A DNA stretch of 64,000 nucleotides from Spirochaetaceae bacterium (GTDB taxonomy: Bacteria > Spirochaetota > Spirochaetia > DSM-2461): NCBI GenBank assembly GCA_051531975.1, contig JAOPTT010000007.1, positions 88,985 through 152,984 of the forward strand. The letters run 5' to 3'. The position numbers and the translations under genes are program-made. Positions 38,552-49,005 of the stretch are shown here, one piece after another (within the stretch, counting starts at the first letter, position 1; the number at the start of each line of letters is the position of its first letter). Under the pieces are notes generated by a model. The model saw only the letters and a list, made by a program, of their open reading frames with translations, did no database searches and was not told the DNA's origin.

Positions 38552-39595
38552 ATGAGTTACGCAGAAAATGGTAAATTTGAAATAGCAAAAGATGGAGTTA
38601 ATCCAGCAGACGTTCCTAAAAAAACATTAAGAACAGGAGCAAAAATGCCAGCATTAGGTCTTGGAACTTTTGGTTCTGATAGATTCACTGCAGTCGAAGT
38701 TGCAGATGCAGTTATTGGTGCTGCAGAAGTTGGATATAGACACTTTGACTGTGCATCTATTTATGGAAATGAGAAAGAGATTGGTGGATCATTAAAAGTA
38801 ATTATGGATGGTGGTATTCCAAGAGAAGAACTGTTTATTACTTCTAAATTGTGGAACGATAAACATATTGTAGAAGAAGTTATTCCACAATGTAAACAAT
38901 CAATGAAAGATTTAGGTTTAGACTATTTAGATCTATACTTAATTCACTGGCCATTTCCTAACTTCCACCCAATTGGATGTTCTGTAGATTCAAGATCTCC
39001 GGAAGCTAAGCCTTATATACATGAGAATTTCATGAAAATATGGAGAGAGTTAGAGAAACTTGTTGAAATGGGACTAGTTAAAGCTATTGGTACATCAAAT
39101 GTAACTAAAGCTAAAATGGAATTAATACTAAAAGATGCAAAAATTAAACCTTCTGTAACGGAAATGGAAAATCACCCACATTTTCAACAGCAAGAATTAT
39201 ATAATTATTATACTTCTGAAAGTATCCAGCCAATAGGTTTCTGTCCTATAGGATCTCCAACTAGACCAGATAGAGATAAGACTGAGAATGATACTGTTGA
39301 TATCGAGGATCCAGCAATTGTTGCAGCAGCAAAAAGATTAAATGTACATCCTGCAACAATCTGTGTAAAATGGGGTTCACAGCGTGGTCAAATTCCAATT
39401 CCTTTCTCTGTAAGAAGAAATGAGTACTTAAGTAACTTAGAAGGAGTTGTTAAAGACCCATTAACTGATGAAGAAATGGCATCAATTGCTAAAAATGATA
39501 AAAACTGTAGACTGATTAAAGGACAAGTTTTCTTATGGAAAGATAACCAGACCTGGGAAGATCTATGGGATTTAGATGGTACTATAGCAGACTAA
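38552..39595 (+). CDS. Aldo/keto reductase
   Basis: GYRHFDCASIYGNE, ITSKLWN, LDLYLIHWP, IGTSN. Confidence 0.93.
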   Translation: MSYAENGKFEIAKDGVNPADVPKKTLRTGAKMPALGLGTFGSDRFTAVEVADAVIGAAEVGYRHFDCASIYGNEKEIGGSLKVIMDGGIPREELFITSKLWNDKHIVEEVIPQCKQSMKDLGLDYLDLYLIHWPFPNFHPIGCSVDSRSPEAKPYIHENFMKIWRELEKLVEMGLVKAIGTSNVTKAKMELILKDAKIKPSVTEMENHPHFQQQELYNYYTSESIQPIGFCPIGSPTRPDRDKTENDTVDIEDPAIVAAAKRLNVHPATICVKWGSQRGQIPIPFSVRRNEYLSNLEGVVKDPLTDEEMASIAKNDKNCRLIKGQVFLWKDNQTWEDLWDLDGTIAD

Positions 39596-39612
39596 AAAAA
39601 TAGGATGGTTTA

Positions 39613-41166
39613 ATGATAAGAGACATAAGTGGACTTAAAATTGTAGCGTTTTTATCAGGTAACCATCCATATTTATCATCATACCAATCAGGATTAAAAA
39701 AAGAGGCAGATATATTTGGCTTTGATTTAAAAGTTTTTAATTCTGAATGGGATCCTTATCTCCAAGAACAGCAAATAGATAGTGTCTTATTAAATCCACC
39801 AGATCTTATTATATTAATGCCTGAATACAGTTTGGATAGCTCCTATCTATTGCAAACAATTTCAGAAAGTGGTGTTCCTGTTATATCTAGTAATATTCTG
39901 CCTAAAAAATCAGATTTTAAATATATCTTATCCTATACAGGACCTGACGATTGGTCTCAAAGTGAACATTTAGCAACTCGTTTTGCTGGACTAATGAATG
40001 GTTCCGGGGGATATGGAGTTATATGTCATTTAAAAGATAATCCAATTTATTATGCTAGAAAAAATGGTGTTATTTCAAAGTTAAGAAAAGATTTTCCAAA
40101 GATGACCTGTTTATGTTCTGAATCTGGAGAATTAAATAGACTAAAAACCAAGAACATTGTAACCAATTGGCTAAAGGAATATGGTTCCGAACTTAAAGGT
40201 ATTATTTGTGCTGATGATAATGTAAGTCAGTTAGGAATAAATGATGCATTAAGATTAGCTGGGCGAAATGATATTGTTACAGCGGCTAATGGTAGTACTA
40301 AAGTTGGTATAGACCTATTAAAACGTAATTTATTAGATGTTATAACATGGCAAGAACCTGAAATGGATGGAGCTTTACCTATAAAAGTTGCAGTTGATTA
40401 TTTTAGAGGTTTAGAAGTTAATAAATTAAGATATCTACCAGTAAAAATCCTAGAAAAGTCAAATGTAAACAGTATTGAAGTAGACGAAGAACCATTTTTA
40501 AATTGTGGAACCGATAAACTCTCATATTACATTATGGATGTTAGCCCCCAAAATATAGAAGAATATTTTAATGACCTGGAAATTGATATTGATAACCACC
40601 CTAAAACCTCAAAAGAGTATATTCAAGGTTTTTCAATTGAAATCTTATCTAATATTATGGGGATTATTAAAAGGGAATCCTTAAATGAGAAAGAGCTTTT
40701 AGGTTCTTATGAATCTTTATTTAAAAATTTGGTAAGACAAAAAAGTATTTCAGATACTATAGAGTGGCTTAGAGAGATTTCTTTAAATCTATGTAGTAAA
40801 CTTACAAATAAGAGGGGTTCTATTAAACCTATAGGAGAGTTGATTCTAGAATATGTACATTCTAACTATTCTAAACCTATGTCTTTAAAGACCCTTTCTA
40901 CATACTTTAATCTAACCGCACCATATTTAGGTCAACTATTTACTGAACAAACAAATGAGCATTTTTCAACTTATTTAAATAAATTAAGAGTAGAAAAGGC
41001 GTGTATTGTATTAGATCAGAAGAATATTACCGCAAGTCAAACAGCTCTAGAAGTCGGCTTCTCTAGTTCTAATTATTTTTTTAGAACCTTTCAAAAATAT
41101 TTAGGTTGCTCTCCTGTCGAATATGTAAATAGAGATCAATCCTCAGCTCCAAAAACCGAAGGGTAG
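39613..41166 (+). CDS. Sugar-binding (PBP type 1) + AraC HTH regulator
   Basis: SYTGPDD, MDGALPIKVAVDYF, C-terminal YLGQLF...YLNKLRV...VGF..NYF; no signal peptide. Confidence 0.88.
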   Translation: MIRDISGLKIVAFLSGNHPYLSSYQSGLKKEADIFGFDLKVFNSEWDPYLQEQQIDSVLLNPPDLIILMPEYSLDSSYLLQTISESGVPVISSNILPKKSDFKYILSYTGPDDWSQSEHLATRFAGLMNGSGGYGVICHLKDNPIYYARKNGVISKLRKDFPKMTCLCSESGELNRLKTKNIVTNWLKEYGSELKGIICADDNVSQLGINDALRLAGRNDIVTAANGSTKVGIDLLKRNLLDVITWQEPEMDGALPIKVAVDYFRGLEVNKLRYLPVKILEKSNVNSIEVDEEPFLNCGTDKLSYYIMDVSPQNIEEYFNDLEIDIDNHPKTSKEYIQGFSIEILSNIMGIIKRESLNEKELLGSYESLFKNLVRQKSISDTIEWLREISLNLCSKLTNKRGSIKPIGELILEYVHSNYSKPMSLKTLSTYFNLTAPYLGQLFTEQTNEHFSTYLNKLRVEKACIVLDQKNITASQTALEVGFSSSNYFFRTFQKYLGCSPVEYVNRDQSSAPKTEG

Positions 41167-41294
41167 TATTTTTTATAGCTTTAAACAGGGCCATATTTTG
41201 TTATCAGGTATATGGTCTCAAAATTATCTTTAATAAACTAGTTTTTCTTACATACATAATGGATTTTCTTGCTATATAAATGTAATATTTATTT

Positions 41295-42236
41295 ATGATA
41301 GAACAGTATGATTTTTCAGAAATATCCTATGAATTCATTGGTCATGAGAGCTCTATGCCTTTTAAGTCTTTTTTTATATCGGTTGGTTATAGGGGAGGAC
41401 ATTGGCATCGGGAGTTTGAGTTAATTCTAGTCCTTGATGGGGAACTGATTATTACAAGAGGTATCGATACGCAGAAACTTATTAAAGGCGATATATATCT
41501 TTTGAATCCATATGAAATGCATGGATTTGTCAAAGGTGAAAAGCCTAACCTTTTACTTGTTATTCAAATTGATCCTATTATTTCTTCAGCCTGTCCATTC
41601 AATCTGCATTATTACAATTTTTTATTAACACCAGCTTCAAACCCTACATTAATTGTTAAAAATAGGATAATCAACTATATGCTTTCAATCATTAAAAATA
41701 TTGAAAATAGAAAAATTGGCTACGAATATATGTGCATGTCTGAACTACATAGTCTGATCGCTTTACTACTACAGGAAGTGGAGTACACTCAAGGAACCGA
41801 CACTGAAATAAATACAAAAATTGAGAGCATAGAAAGGATGAGTAAACTGATAGAGTATATTAACCTCCATCATGAAGAAGATATCGCACTAGCGGATCTT
41901 GCAGAATTAGTAAATCTTAGCACTTTTTATGTATCTCATCTGATTAAAGAAAACACCGGTTTATCGTTTAGACAGAACTTATCCCAAATTAGAACCCATC
42001 ATGCTATTTCTCTTATGCTAAATACAAATATGAAACTTGTTGATATAGCCTTAGAATCAGGGTTTTCTGATATTAAATACTTCAACAGAAGTTTTAAAAA
42101 ACTTTATGGAGAGACACCATCACAATTAAGAAAAATAGAAAATTGGAAAGAAGTTATTCAGCTTGAGCAGAACAATAATCTGAGAAGTTTAAATGAATTA
42201 TTACCTTATATAACAGATCTATTAGTAGAAAAATGA
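41295..42236 (+). CDS. AraC regulator (cupin + HTH)
   Basis: HWHREFEL, SGFSDIKYFNRSFKK. Confidence 0.92.
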   Translation: MIEQYDFSEISYEFIGHESSMPFKSFFISVGYRGGHWHREFELILVLDGELIITRGIDTQKLIKGDIYLLNPYEMHGFVKGEKPNLLLVIQIDPIISSACPFNLHYYNFLLTPASNPTLIVKNRIINYMLSIIKNIENRKIGYEYMCMSELHSLIALLLQEVEYTQGTDTEINTKIESIERMSKLIEYINLHHEEDIALADLAELVNLSTFYVSHLIKENTGLSFRQNLSQIRTHHAISLMLNTNMKLVDIALESGFSDIKYFNRSFKKLYGETPSQLRKIENWKEVIQLEQNNNLRSLNELLPYITDLLVEK

Positions 42237-42265
42237 TCTATTGGTATATTAATTTAGTATATATA

Positions 42266-43195
42266 TTACTTGTTATCAAAAATAGATTTTAGTAGCTCCA
42301 GAGCTTCTACATGATCGAATTCTTGGTCATTTATATCCTGCCTATACAATCTGTCAGCCTCTATTTTTTTAACTTTACTTCTATATTCCGATGAGGTCAT
42401 ATTATACTCATCCCTTAATAATTTACTTAAATACTTCTGATCGGAAAATCCACATATCCGGGAAATATCAGCAATATTCTCATCATCTTTCATTAATAAT
42501 TTTAAAGCGTGTTCCAACCTTATATGGTTTAAAAAGTCTTGAAATCCTATTCCAAGTTTCTCCTTAATAAAATGAGACATTCTTGACCGACTTATATACT
42601 CTGTATCCGCTAGCTGTTTAAGGGTTATTTTTTCACTATGATGTCTGTTCATAAATATTATAACTCTTTTAAGCCGCTCAAGATCGTAACCATGGGAATT
42701 CATTGTTGATTTATTGATCTCTTCATATGGGATAGTTTTAAAAAGTTCAGATATAAGAATGTTAACACAACCGACAGCATTCATTAGGTTAAATGCCTTT
42801 CCTTCAATAACTTCGATCATAATATTAGACATAAGCTTTTCCAGATTGTCAACAAAGTCCCTGTTATTTAATGTATAATCACTATCAAATGATATCTGCC
42901 CCAAATGTCTAAAATAATTTGCGACAATATCATCACTTACCTGAAATGCAAGCAGTAGATTTCTACTATCTGAATGTTTTAATCGGTGTATTGTATTGGT
43001 GTTGACAAGGTAGATATCACGTTCATTTAATCTGATTGTTTTACTGCTTAATTGCAGATCAACAGAACCTTTTAAAACCCAGATCAGTTCCAGATCAGAG
43101 TGCCAATGAAACTCTCTATAATCTATACTTACAAAGAATGCTTTTATTGGAAGACCTTCTATTTTTTTAACAATCTCATATTCATAATATTCCAC
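42266..43195 (-). CDS. AraC regulator (cupin + HTH)
   Basis: HWHSDLEL, CGFSDQKY. Confidence 0.92.
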   Translation of the reverse strand: MEYYEYEIVKKIEGLPIKAFFVSIDYREFHWHSDLELIWVLKGSVDLQLSSKTIRLNERDIYLVNTNTIHRLKHSDSRNLLLAFQVSDDIVANYFRHLGQISFDSDYTLNNRDFVDNLEKLMSNIMIEVIEGKAFNLMNAVGCVNILISELFKTIPYEEINKSTMNSHGYDLERLKRVIIFMNRHHSEKITLKQLADTEYISRSRMSHFIKEKLGIGFQDFLNHIRLEHALKLLMKDDENIADISRICGFSDQKYLSKLLRDEYNMTSSEYRSKVKKIEADRLYRQDINDQEFDHVEALELLKSIFDNK

Positions 43196-43215
43196 ATTGC
43201 CACCACCATATAATA

Positions 43216-44250
43216 CTATTTAATTCCTAAAATCAATTCGATAACGTACATTTCCAACGCTTCGTAATTTCTATCTTCAATTAATTTATTCTGTAAATCA
43301 TAATCGAATTTTGCTACTTTATCTTCCATTAGTTTAACAACATTCATGCTGTTTTTCAGATGTCTGTAACAATCTTCTATTTTCTGGGTTCTCATAGCTT
43401 TTACATCAAGACCTACATACTCACCATTTTTACCAAATTCATTTTCGATTAGTACTCTAACCTGGTTAAAAGCCTGTCTTAAGTTTTCTGAACCAAATGA
43501 CTTATCTTGATCATATTTCATTCCATTCTGATCGTTTAAATGAACACCCCAAAGTTTTCCAAATGCTAAACCAAAGGCCATTTCATTAGCTGGATCAAGA
43601 CCTGCTAATATAGCATGGGCACTCTCTAATAGACCACCAACTCGAGATGGATCTTTTGTTTGTGCCGAAACACCCATAACATGCCCCATTGTTGGACAAA
43701 AGCTTCTATCTATTGGTTCATTTGGCTTAGGTTCAATTAATACTTTAATTTCAGAATTATAATCAAGCATCATGTCAATTGCGCTAACCAATCTGTTAAC
43801 ACCTTCTACAGGATCTTTACTCTCATAACAAAGAGTCCCCTCTCTTGCTAGCCATAATACTATTTTATCACACTCTAGTTCTTTTGCAATATCTATAGAA
43901 CGATATGCTCTCCACATTGCAAATTCACGGTCTTCTTTACTCATAGAAGTAAATCCACCATCATGGGTATGATCATCCTCCCAAAGTCTAGGAGCAACAA
44001 ATTCTGCTACAAGATTGTATTTTTCTAGAAGAGTTTTAACTTTTTTTGCTTCAGCTTTGATCTCTTCAATTGATAGATCGTTAATGTTTGGGACTGCGTC
44101 ATCATCGTGGAACTGAATCGCACTGAATCCCATTTCTGAAAACCTTTTTAACTTCTCTTCAAAAGATATACCTTCTCTAACTGTTGGTCCAAAAGCATCC
44201 GCTCCCTCATGCACATTCCACGGTCCTACCGAAAATTTAAATTGACTCAT
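43216..44250 (-). CDS. Class I xylose isomerase-like sugar isomerase
   Basis: FSVGPW, FHDDD, VLWLAREG, EPKPNEP, HLNDQ, YDQD. Confidence 0.82.
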   Translation of the reverse strand: MSQFKFSVGPWNVHEGADAFGPTVREGISFEEKLKRFSEMGFSAIQFHDDDAVPNINDLSIEEIKAEAKKVKTLLEKYNLVAEFVAPRLWEDDHTHDGGFTSMSKEDREFAMWRAYRSIDIAKELECDKIVLWLAREGTLCYESKDPVEGVNRLVSAIDMMLDYNSEIKVLIEPKPNEPIDRSFCPTMGHVMGVSAQTKDPSRVGGLLESAHAILAGLDPANEMAFGLAFGKLWGVHLNDQNGMKYDQDKSFGSENLRQAFNQVRVLIENEFGKNGEYVGLDVKAMRTQKIEDCYRHLKNSMNVVKLMEDKVAKFDYDLQNKLIEDRNYEALEMYVIELILGIK

Positions 44251-44562
44251 AAAAAACCTCCATAAAGTTTTAATTCATAATTTTATGATTAACTTTACCA
44301 TGGGACCTGTTAGTTGAGTACGGACGGAGTTGTCGATTATATATGACAATATGGCTATAATAATCTTATTCTATTTATTACTCATGTAATTGATTTATGT
44401 CAAAATTCAAAAAAATCACTATAATCTGTACCTTTTATAAATTCAAAAACTTTATATATTATATATAAAGTTTTTTTTTGAGGAGGATTATATTGGCAAT
44501 GTAAATAGTGATATTCCTGCTTAATAGGATATTATTGATCCTATTAAGCTAAACGTTATTAT

Positions 44563-45726
44563 TTAAAGTTTTTCCAGATGTTTTAATATCTCAATATCTT
44601 CTTGATTTACTTCATCAAGTCCACATATATCCCTACCGATCATTACAGGATTCTTGTTGGCTATATCATTATAAAATTCTATATCCGGTGGAAATTCCGA
44701 TCTGAATTTTAAACCTGCTAAATATACTTCCATAATGTTACCCCAGGGAGTCCCATTTTTAATGGCTTCAATCATTGCTCCTAATACTCTGTCGGATCTG
44801 TTAAGTTTTCTCCTCTGATCCTTTCCTACTCTAAAAATAGTATCACCTAAAGTTCTATTACCGAACCGGGTTATAAGATCTTCAATATGTTCAGTAAGAG
44901 ATTCCCTTGAAAATACATCTGGATATAGTTTCAATAAAATAGTTGCAGACTCTTCCATAACATCTCTGACTTTGTTTCTTATATGGTGCAGTGTAATAAC
45001 ATCACTAATCAAACCTTTTTTACATCCTTCAAGATATCCAAAGTATGCTGTTGCCACATGGCCAAGATTATGAATAAATAGTTTCCTATCTACATATGCT
45101 TGGATATTATTAACAGGGCTCAACCCTTTTAATTCAGGACATTTTGTTAAAAAACCATTTTTATCAAGAATTAGAGAGTTATACTCTTCTGCAAATAGCT
45201 GTAGAGGATCATCCCTCAAACTCTCTTCACTCATAATCGGAACCATCTTTCCTATACTACACTCTATAACACCAATAATTGTACCAGGGTGTATGTATTG
45301 TGGGATAGATTTTATTACTTCTTGGAAAAAGAATCTTTTCCCTTTATGTATATTTTCTGCAAGAATTATATCAAGAGGTGTCATTTTATTACTTCTTCTA
45401 ATAAGTGCAGCTTCGCATATAGTTGGAATAATATACGGGAGAGCTCTTAAACCTACTGATGTTGCTACATAATCAGCATCTATTAAACTTTTAACAACAT
45501 CAATTTTATTGTTGCCATCTATAGCCGAGACAGGTCCGACAGTCATAATAACATCGGGGTGTCCATCTTTTTTAATTATAACATTATATTGGGATTTCTC
45601 ATTTAGTTGTTTTACCAGTTTTCTATTAGTATCTATAAAGACTACTTTAAATCCTCCTGCACTAAATAGTTGTCCAATAAAAGATCGTCCGATATTCCCA
45701 GCACCAAAAATAACAATACTTTTCAT
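44563..45726 (-). CDS. mtlD: Mannitol-1-phosphate 5-dehydrogenase family
   Basis: FGAGNIGRSFIG, AEN, RKLFIHNLGH, RFGN...D...RVG..RRKL...DR. Confidence 0.8.
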   Translation of the reverse strand: MKSIVIFGAGNIGRSFIGQLFSAGGFKVVFIDTNRKLVKQLNEKSQYNVIIKKDGHPDVIMTVGPVSAIDGNNKIDVVKSLIDADYVATSVGLRALPYIIPTICEAALIRRSNKMTPLDIILAENIHKGKRFFFQEVIKSIPQYIHPGTIIGVIECSIGKMVPIMSEESLRDDPLQLFAEEYNSLILDKNGFLTKCPELKGLSPVNNIQAYVDRKLFIHNLGHVATAYFGYLEGCKKGLISDVITLHHIRNKVRDVMEESATILLKLYPDVFSRESLTEHIEDLITRFGNRTLGDTIFRVGKDQRRKLNRSDRVLGAMIEAIKNGTPWGNIMEVYLAGLKFRSEFPPDIEFYNDIANKNPVMIGRDICGLDEVNQEDIEILKHLEKL

Positions 45727-46919
45727 ACAGTAACCTCGTAAATTTCACGAAACCTTTCTACAAGTTGCAGCTTCTCTCCAGGACTCTCCTCAGATAACAT
45801 TCCGCCTAAACTAAAACATGTGGATGCCCCGGTACAACTTCCTATAATTACAGCTTCTTTAAGATCTAATTTATTACGATCTTCCAAAAGCTGCTCTGTT
45901 ATAGATGAAATAACACCTCCAGCAAAATTATCTCCACAGCCTGTAGTATCACCACTAATTAAATCCATAGATAATATCTCTTGGCAGTTTATATTTAGAA
46001 CTGGAAGAGACTCTGTATTCACATCCTTAAAAATCTTTGAGTTTTCTTCAGCATAATAGGTCACATCTTCTGCACCATTTGTTATTATAAGGGCTTTTAA
46101 TTTCCAGGTTTTAAACTGTTTTATGGCATCTGCAATACAACTTTTACCAGATAATCTTAAAGCCTCAACATGATCTGTAATTAAAAGATCTATGTGTGAA
46201 TAACTATCGGTTGTATTCCCTAAAGGCCATCTATCCACTGGACTTTTTTCTTCATTAAAGAAATCAAATACAGTAGTTACAATATTTATTTTTCCGGCTC
46301 TAAATCCTCTATCCAATAGAGATGACAAATCATTATGAATTCCTGGGGTTAATGCTGTCGCACCGTAAATTAGGATGTCACCATCGAAAAAATCATCTCC
46401 AAGATAGATGGATCTGTAATCCCCAGCACAACCTATTGTATTTATAAAAGTTCTCTCTCCATGGGAATTATAATTTGGATCTGATAATACAGTTGTCTCA
46501 GCTGTAATGCCTGTTACCTCATTATAAAATTCTGTGTTTATAGATGGGGCAAACTCATTTAATTTTTTAAGAAGATATAACCCGTTTTCATCATCTCCAT
46601 GATTTTGAAAAAAATTAAATATTACAGACTTTTTATGTAATATTTGAGCCATACTGATAAGAGCTACAATTGCGGGGCCACCAACATTAAGTTCTTCTTT
46701 AAAATTATCTAAACCTATATCACTAAGTATGTGTCCTAAAGAGACTCCTGAATATTTTTCAAGATTTTCTCTAAAAACCAACTCTCCCGGAGAAAGTCCG
46801 CCATCACCTTTTATTTGTGATAAGTATGGCTTTATTTCTGTTGAGCTAAAATCAACACCAGTAATTATTTTGTCTACAAGACAACATCCTGTAGCATTTA
46901 TCTTTAGTTTTCTAATCAT
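45723..46919 (-). CDS. PfkB-family carbohydrate kinase
   Basis: GGPA, ERTF, DTTGCGDNFAGG. Confidence 0.85.
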   Translation of the reverse strand: MIRKLKINATGCCLVDKIITGVDFSSTEIKPYLSQIKGDGGLSPGELVFRENLEKYSGVSLGHILSDIGLDNFKEELNVGGPAIVALISMAQILHKKSVIFNFFQNHGDDENGLYLLKKLNEFAPSINTEFYNEVTGITAETTVLSDPNYNSHGERTFINTIGCAGDYRSIYLGDDFFDGDILIYGATALTPGIHNDLSSLLDRGFRAGKINIVTTVFDFFNEEKSPVDRWPLGNTTDSYSHIDLLITDHVEALRLSGKSCIADAIKQFKTWKLKALIITNGAEDVTYYAEENSKIFKDVNTESLPVLNINCQEILSMDLISGDTTGCGDNFAGGVISSITEQLLEDRNKLDLKEAVIIGSCTGASTCFSLGGMLSEESPGEKLQLVERFREIYEVTV

Positions 46920-46954
46920 AATTTATAATCATGTCATTTCAGATATATAACTAT

Positions 46955-47045
46955 GTCGTTCTTGCTCAATTAAATAGACATTCTTGCGATAATAAGTGGT
47001 GTTAATAAAATAGCAAGAATGTCTACGAAATGTAGCAAAACAGGG
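46955..47045. promoter_or_regulatory. Repeated putative AraC-type half-sites
   Basis: 13-bp inverted repeat tagacattcttgc (46975-46987) / gcaagaatgtcta (47013-47025); each arm has a degenerate partner 22 bp further out. Confidence 0.6.
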
Positions 47046-47180
47046 ATAGCGTAATAAAGATTATTGAGTTCGGGAATCTTATTTTTTGTAGTAAAATGAA
47101 CTTTTTCTACCTATCCAATACTACGGCTATGCATCTCTAATTTCATTGTTCTGCAGTTATAGTTGTGTTATATTAAAAAT

Positions 47181-48893
47181 ATGCCAGAAATAATGCCAAA
47201 TCGTCCTGATAATAAAACACCTGTTTTATGGGTTACAGAGGAAAAAGAAATTCCAATTAGACCTGAAAATCCGGAATTACTTTCTGAATATGATTCTGAT
47301 CATTGGTATGATCTAGAATATGCTGGCTGGGGTGAAAAGAAAATCAATATTCCTAAATCTCCTGCAAATGGTCCTAAGGGTAAAAAAATCACTTGTTTGA
47401 TGCCAGAAGTTATTCACCCTTATTACATCTTATATAAAAATGGTATGCAAGAAATAGCAGATAAATTTCAAATTAATTTGACTTTTAAATATTCAGAATG
47501 GGGTACGGATGAGCAAAATCTACATGTTTATGAAACAATTAAAGAGAGACCTGATCTTGTAATTTTAGTCCCGAATAGTACTGATACAACGTCACAATGG
47601 TTTAAGGATATTAACAACGCTGGGATACCGGTTATTGCAAGTAATCTATTTCCTGAAATAGGTAGTTTTCAATATCTATTATCATGGACAGGTCCTGACG
47701 ACTGGCTGCAATGTAGAGTTTTAGCTAGAAAATTTGCAGAAATTATGAATTATAAAGGTGGTTATGCTGTTGTTTGTCATGTTACTGGTTGTTCCGCATA
47801 TTATTCTAGGAAGTGGGGCGTTATATCAGAACTTAAGAAGATAGCTCCAGAAATGAAAGTTTTAGCAATGGGATCTTCAAATCTCGATACAGACGTTTCT
47901 TACAACATGACCAAATTATGGATAGAGGAATATGAAGAAGACTTAAAAGGTATTTTTTGCTCCGATGATGATTCTCCACAGATTGGGGTAAATAAAGCCC
48001 TAGCGGAACTGGATCGAGAAGATATAACTTGTGTAGCCATTGGTAGTACAAGTACTGGAATTAGCTTATTAAATGATGGACATTTAGATGCAATTACATT
48101 GCAAAAAGCAGACCTAGATGGAGCACTGCCTATTCAAGTTGCAGTAGACTGGTTTAATGGGTTAAAAGTTCCTCCACTTAGATATCTGCCTATTCATATA
48201 TTAACTAAAAATAATATTTCAGACCTTAATTCTAATTATAATAACCCAGGCGAAATTAACATGGATCATCTATTTAGAATGATTATGGAGTGTAATAAAG
48301 ATGGTGTTGCCGGTTTTTTCTCTTCTATTGGAACAAAATTTTCATTACTAGGTGTATTATCGATCAACTATTTTAAGGGTTTTTCAATAGAGTTATTATC
48401 AAGTTTAATTAATATAGTAAAATCAAAAAATCTTTCAGAAAAAGATATAATTGGTGATTATGAGACAATTTTTAAGAATCTTTTTAATCAGCAAAGTACA
48501 GAATTAACTCTAAAATGGCTAAATAAAGTTGCATTTACTATTATTGATGAACTTAAATCAAGTATAACTCCATGTTTAATAAAGCAGGTCGTAGAATATG
48601 TTAATGATAACTTTACAGAACCAATATCATTAAAAACAATATCAAATAAGTTTGATAATTCAGCTGCATATATTGGCCGACTATTTAAAGAAGAAACTGG
48701 AATGAACTTTTCAAAATATTTAAATACACTTAGAATTGATAAAGCCAAGGAACTTCTAATAAACTCAAATGTTAAAGCAAATAAAGTTGGTCTTCAGGTT
48801 GGTTATGCAGATCCTAATTATTTTTATATTACCTTCAAAAAATATACTGGACTATACCCCTCTGAATATTTAGAAAACATGAACTCTAAATAA
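47181..48893 (+). CDS. PBP1-AraC fusion regulator (paralogue A)
   Basis: HWYDLEYAG, SWTGPDD, AVDWFNG, AraC HTH; ATG 47181 preferred. Confidence 0.9.
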   Translation: MPEIMPNRPDNKTPVLWVTEEKEIPIRPENPELLSEYDSDHWYDLEYAGWGEKKINIPKSPANGPKGKKITCLMPEVIHPYYILYKNGMQEIADKFQINLTFKYSEWGTDEQNLHVYETIKERPDLVILVPNSTDTTSQWFKDINNAGIPVIASNLFPEIGSFQYLLSWTGPDDWLQCRVLARKFAEIMNYKGGYAVVCHVTGCSAYYSRKWGVISELKKIAPEMKVLAMGSSNLDTDVSYNMTKLWIEEYEEDLKGIFCSDDDSPQIGVNKALAELDREDITCVAIGSTSTGISLLNDGHLDAITLQKADLDGALPIQVAVDWFNGLKVPPLRYLPIHILTKNNISDLNSNYNNPGEINMDHLFRMIMECNKDGVAGFFSSIGTKFSLLGVLSINYFKGFSIELLSSLINIVKSKNLSEKDIIGDYETIFKNLFNQQSTELTLKWLNKVAFTIIDELKSSITPCLIKQVVEYVNDNFTEPISLKTISNKFDNSAAYIGRLFKEETGMNFSKYLNTLRIDKAKELLINSNVKANKVGLQVGYADPNYFYITFKKYTGLYPSEYLENMNSK

Positions 48894-49005
48894 TTATTAC
48901 ATATAAAAACAGAGCCAAATACTAATACTAGATAATGGTTTCATACACTATTTTTGTAGTTAGAAATTTGTTGTTCTGCAGTTACAATTATGTTATGTTT
49001 ATTAC

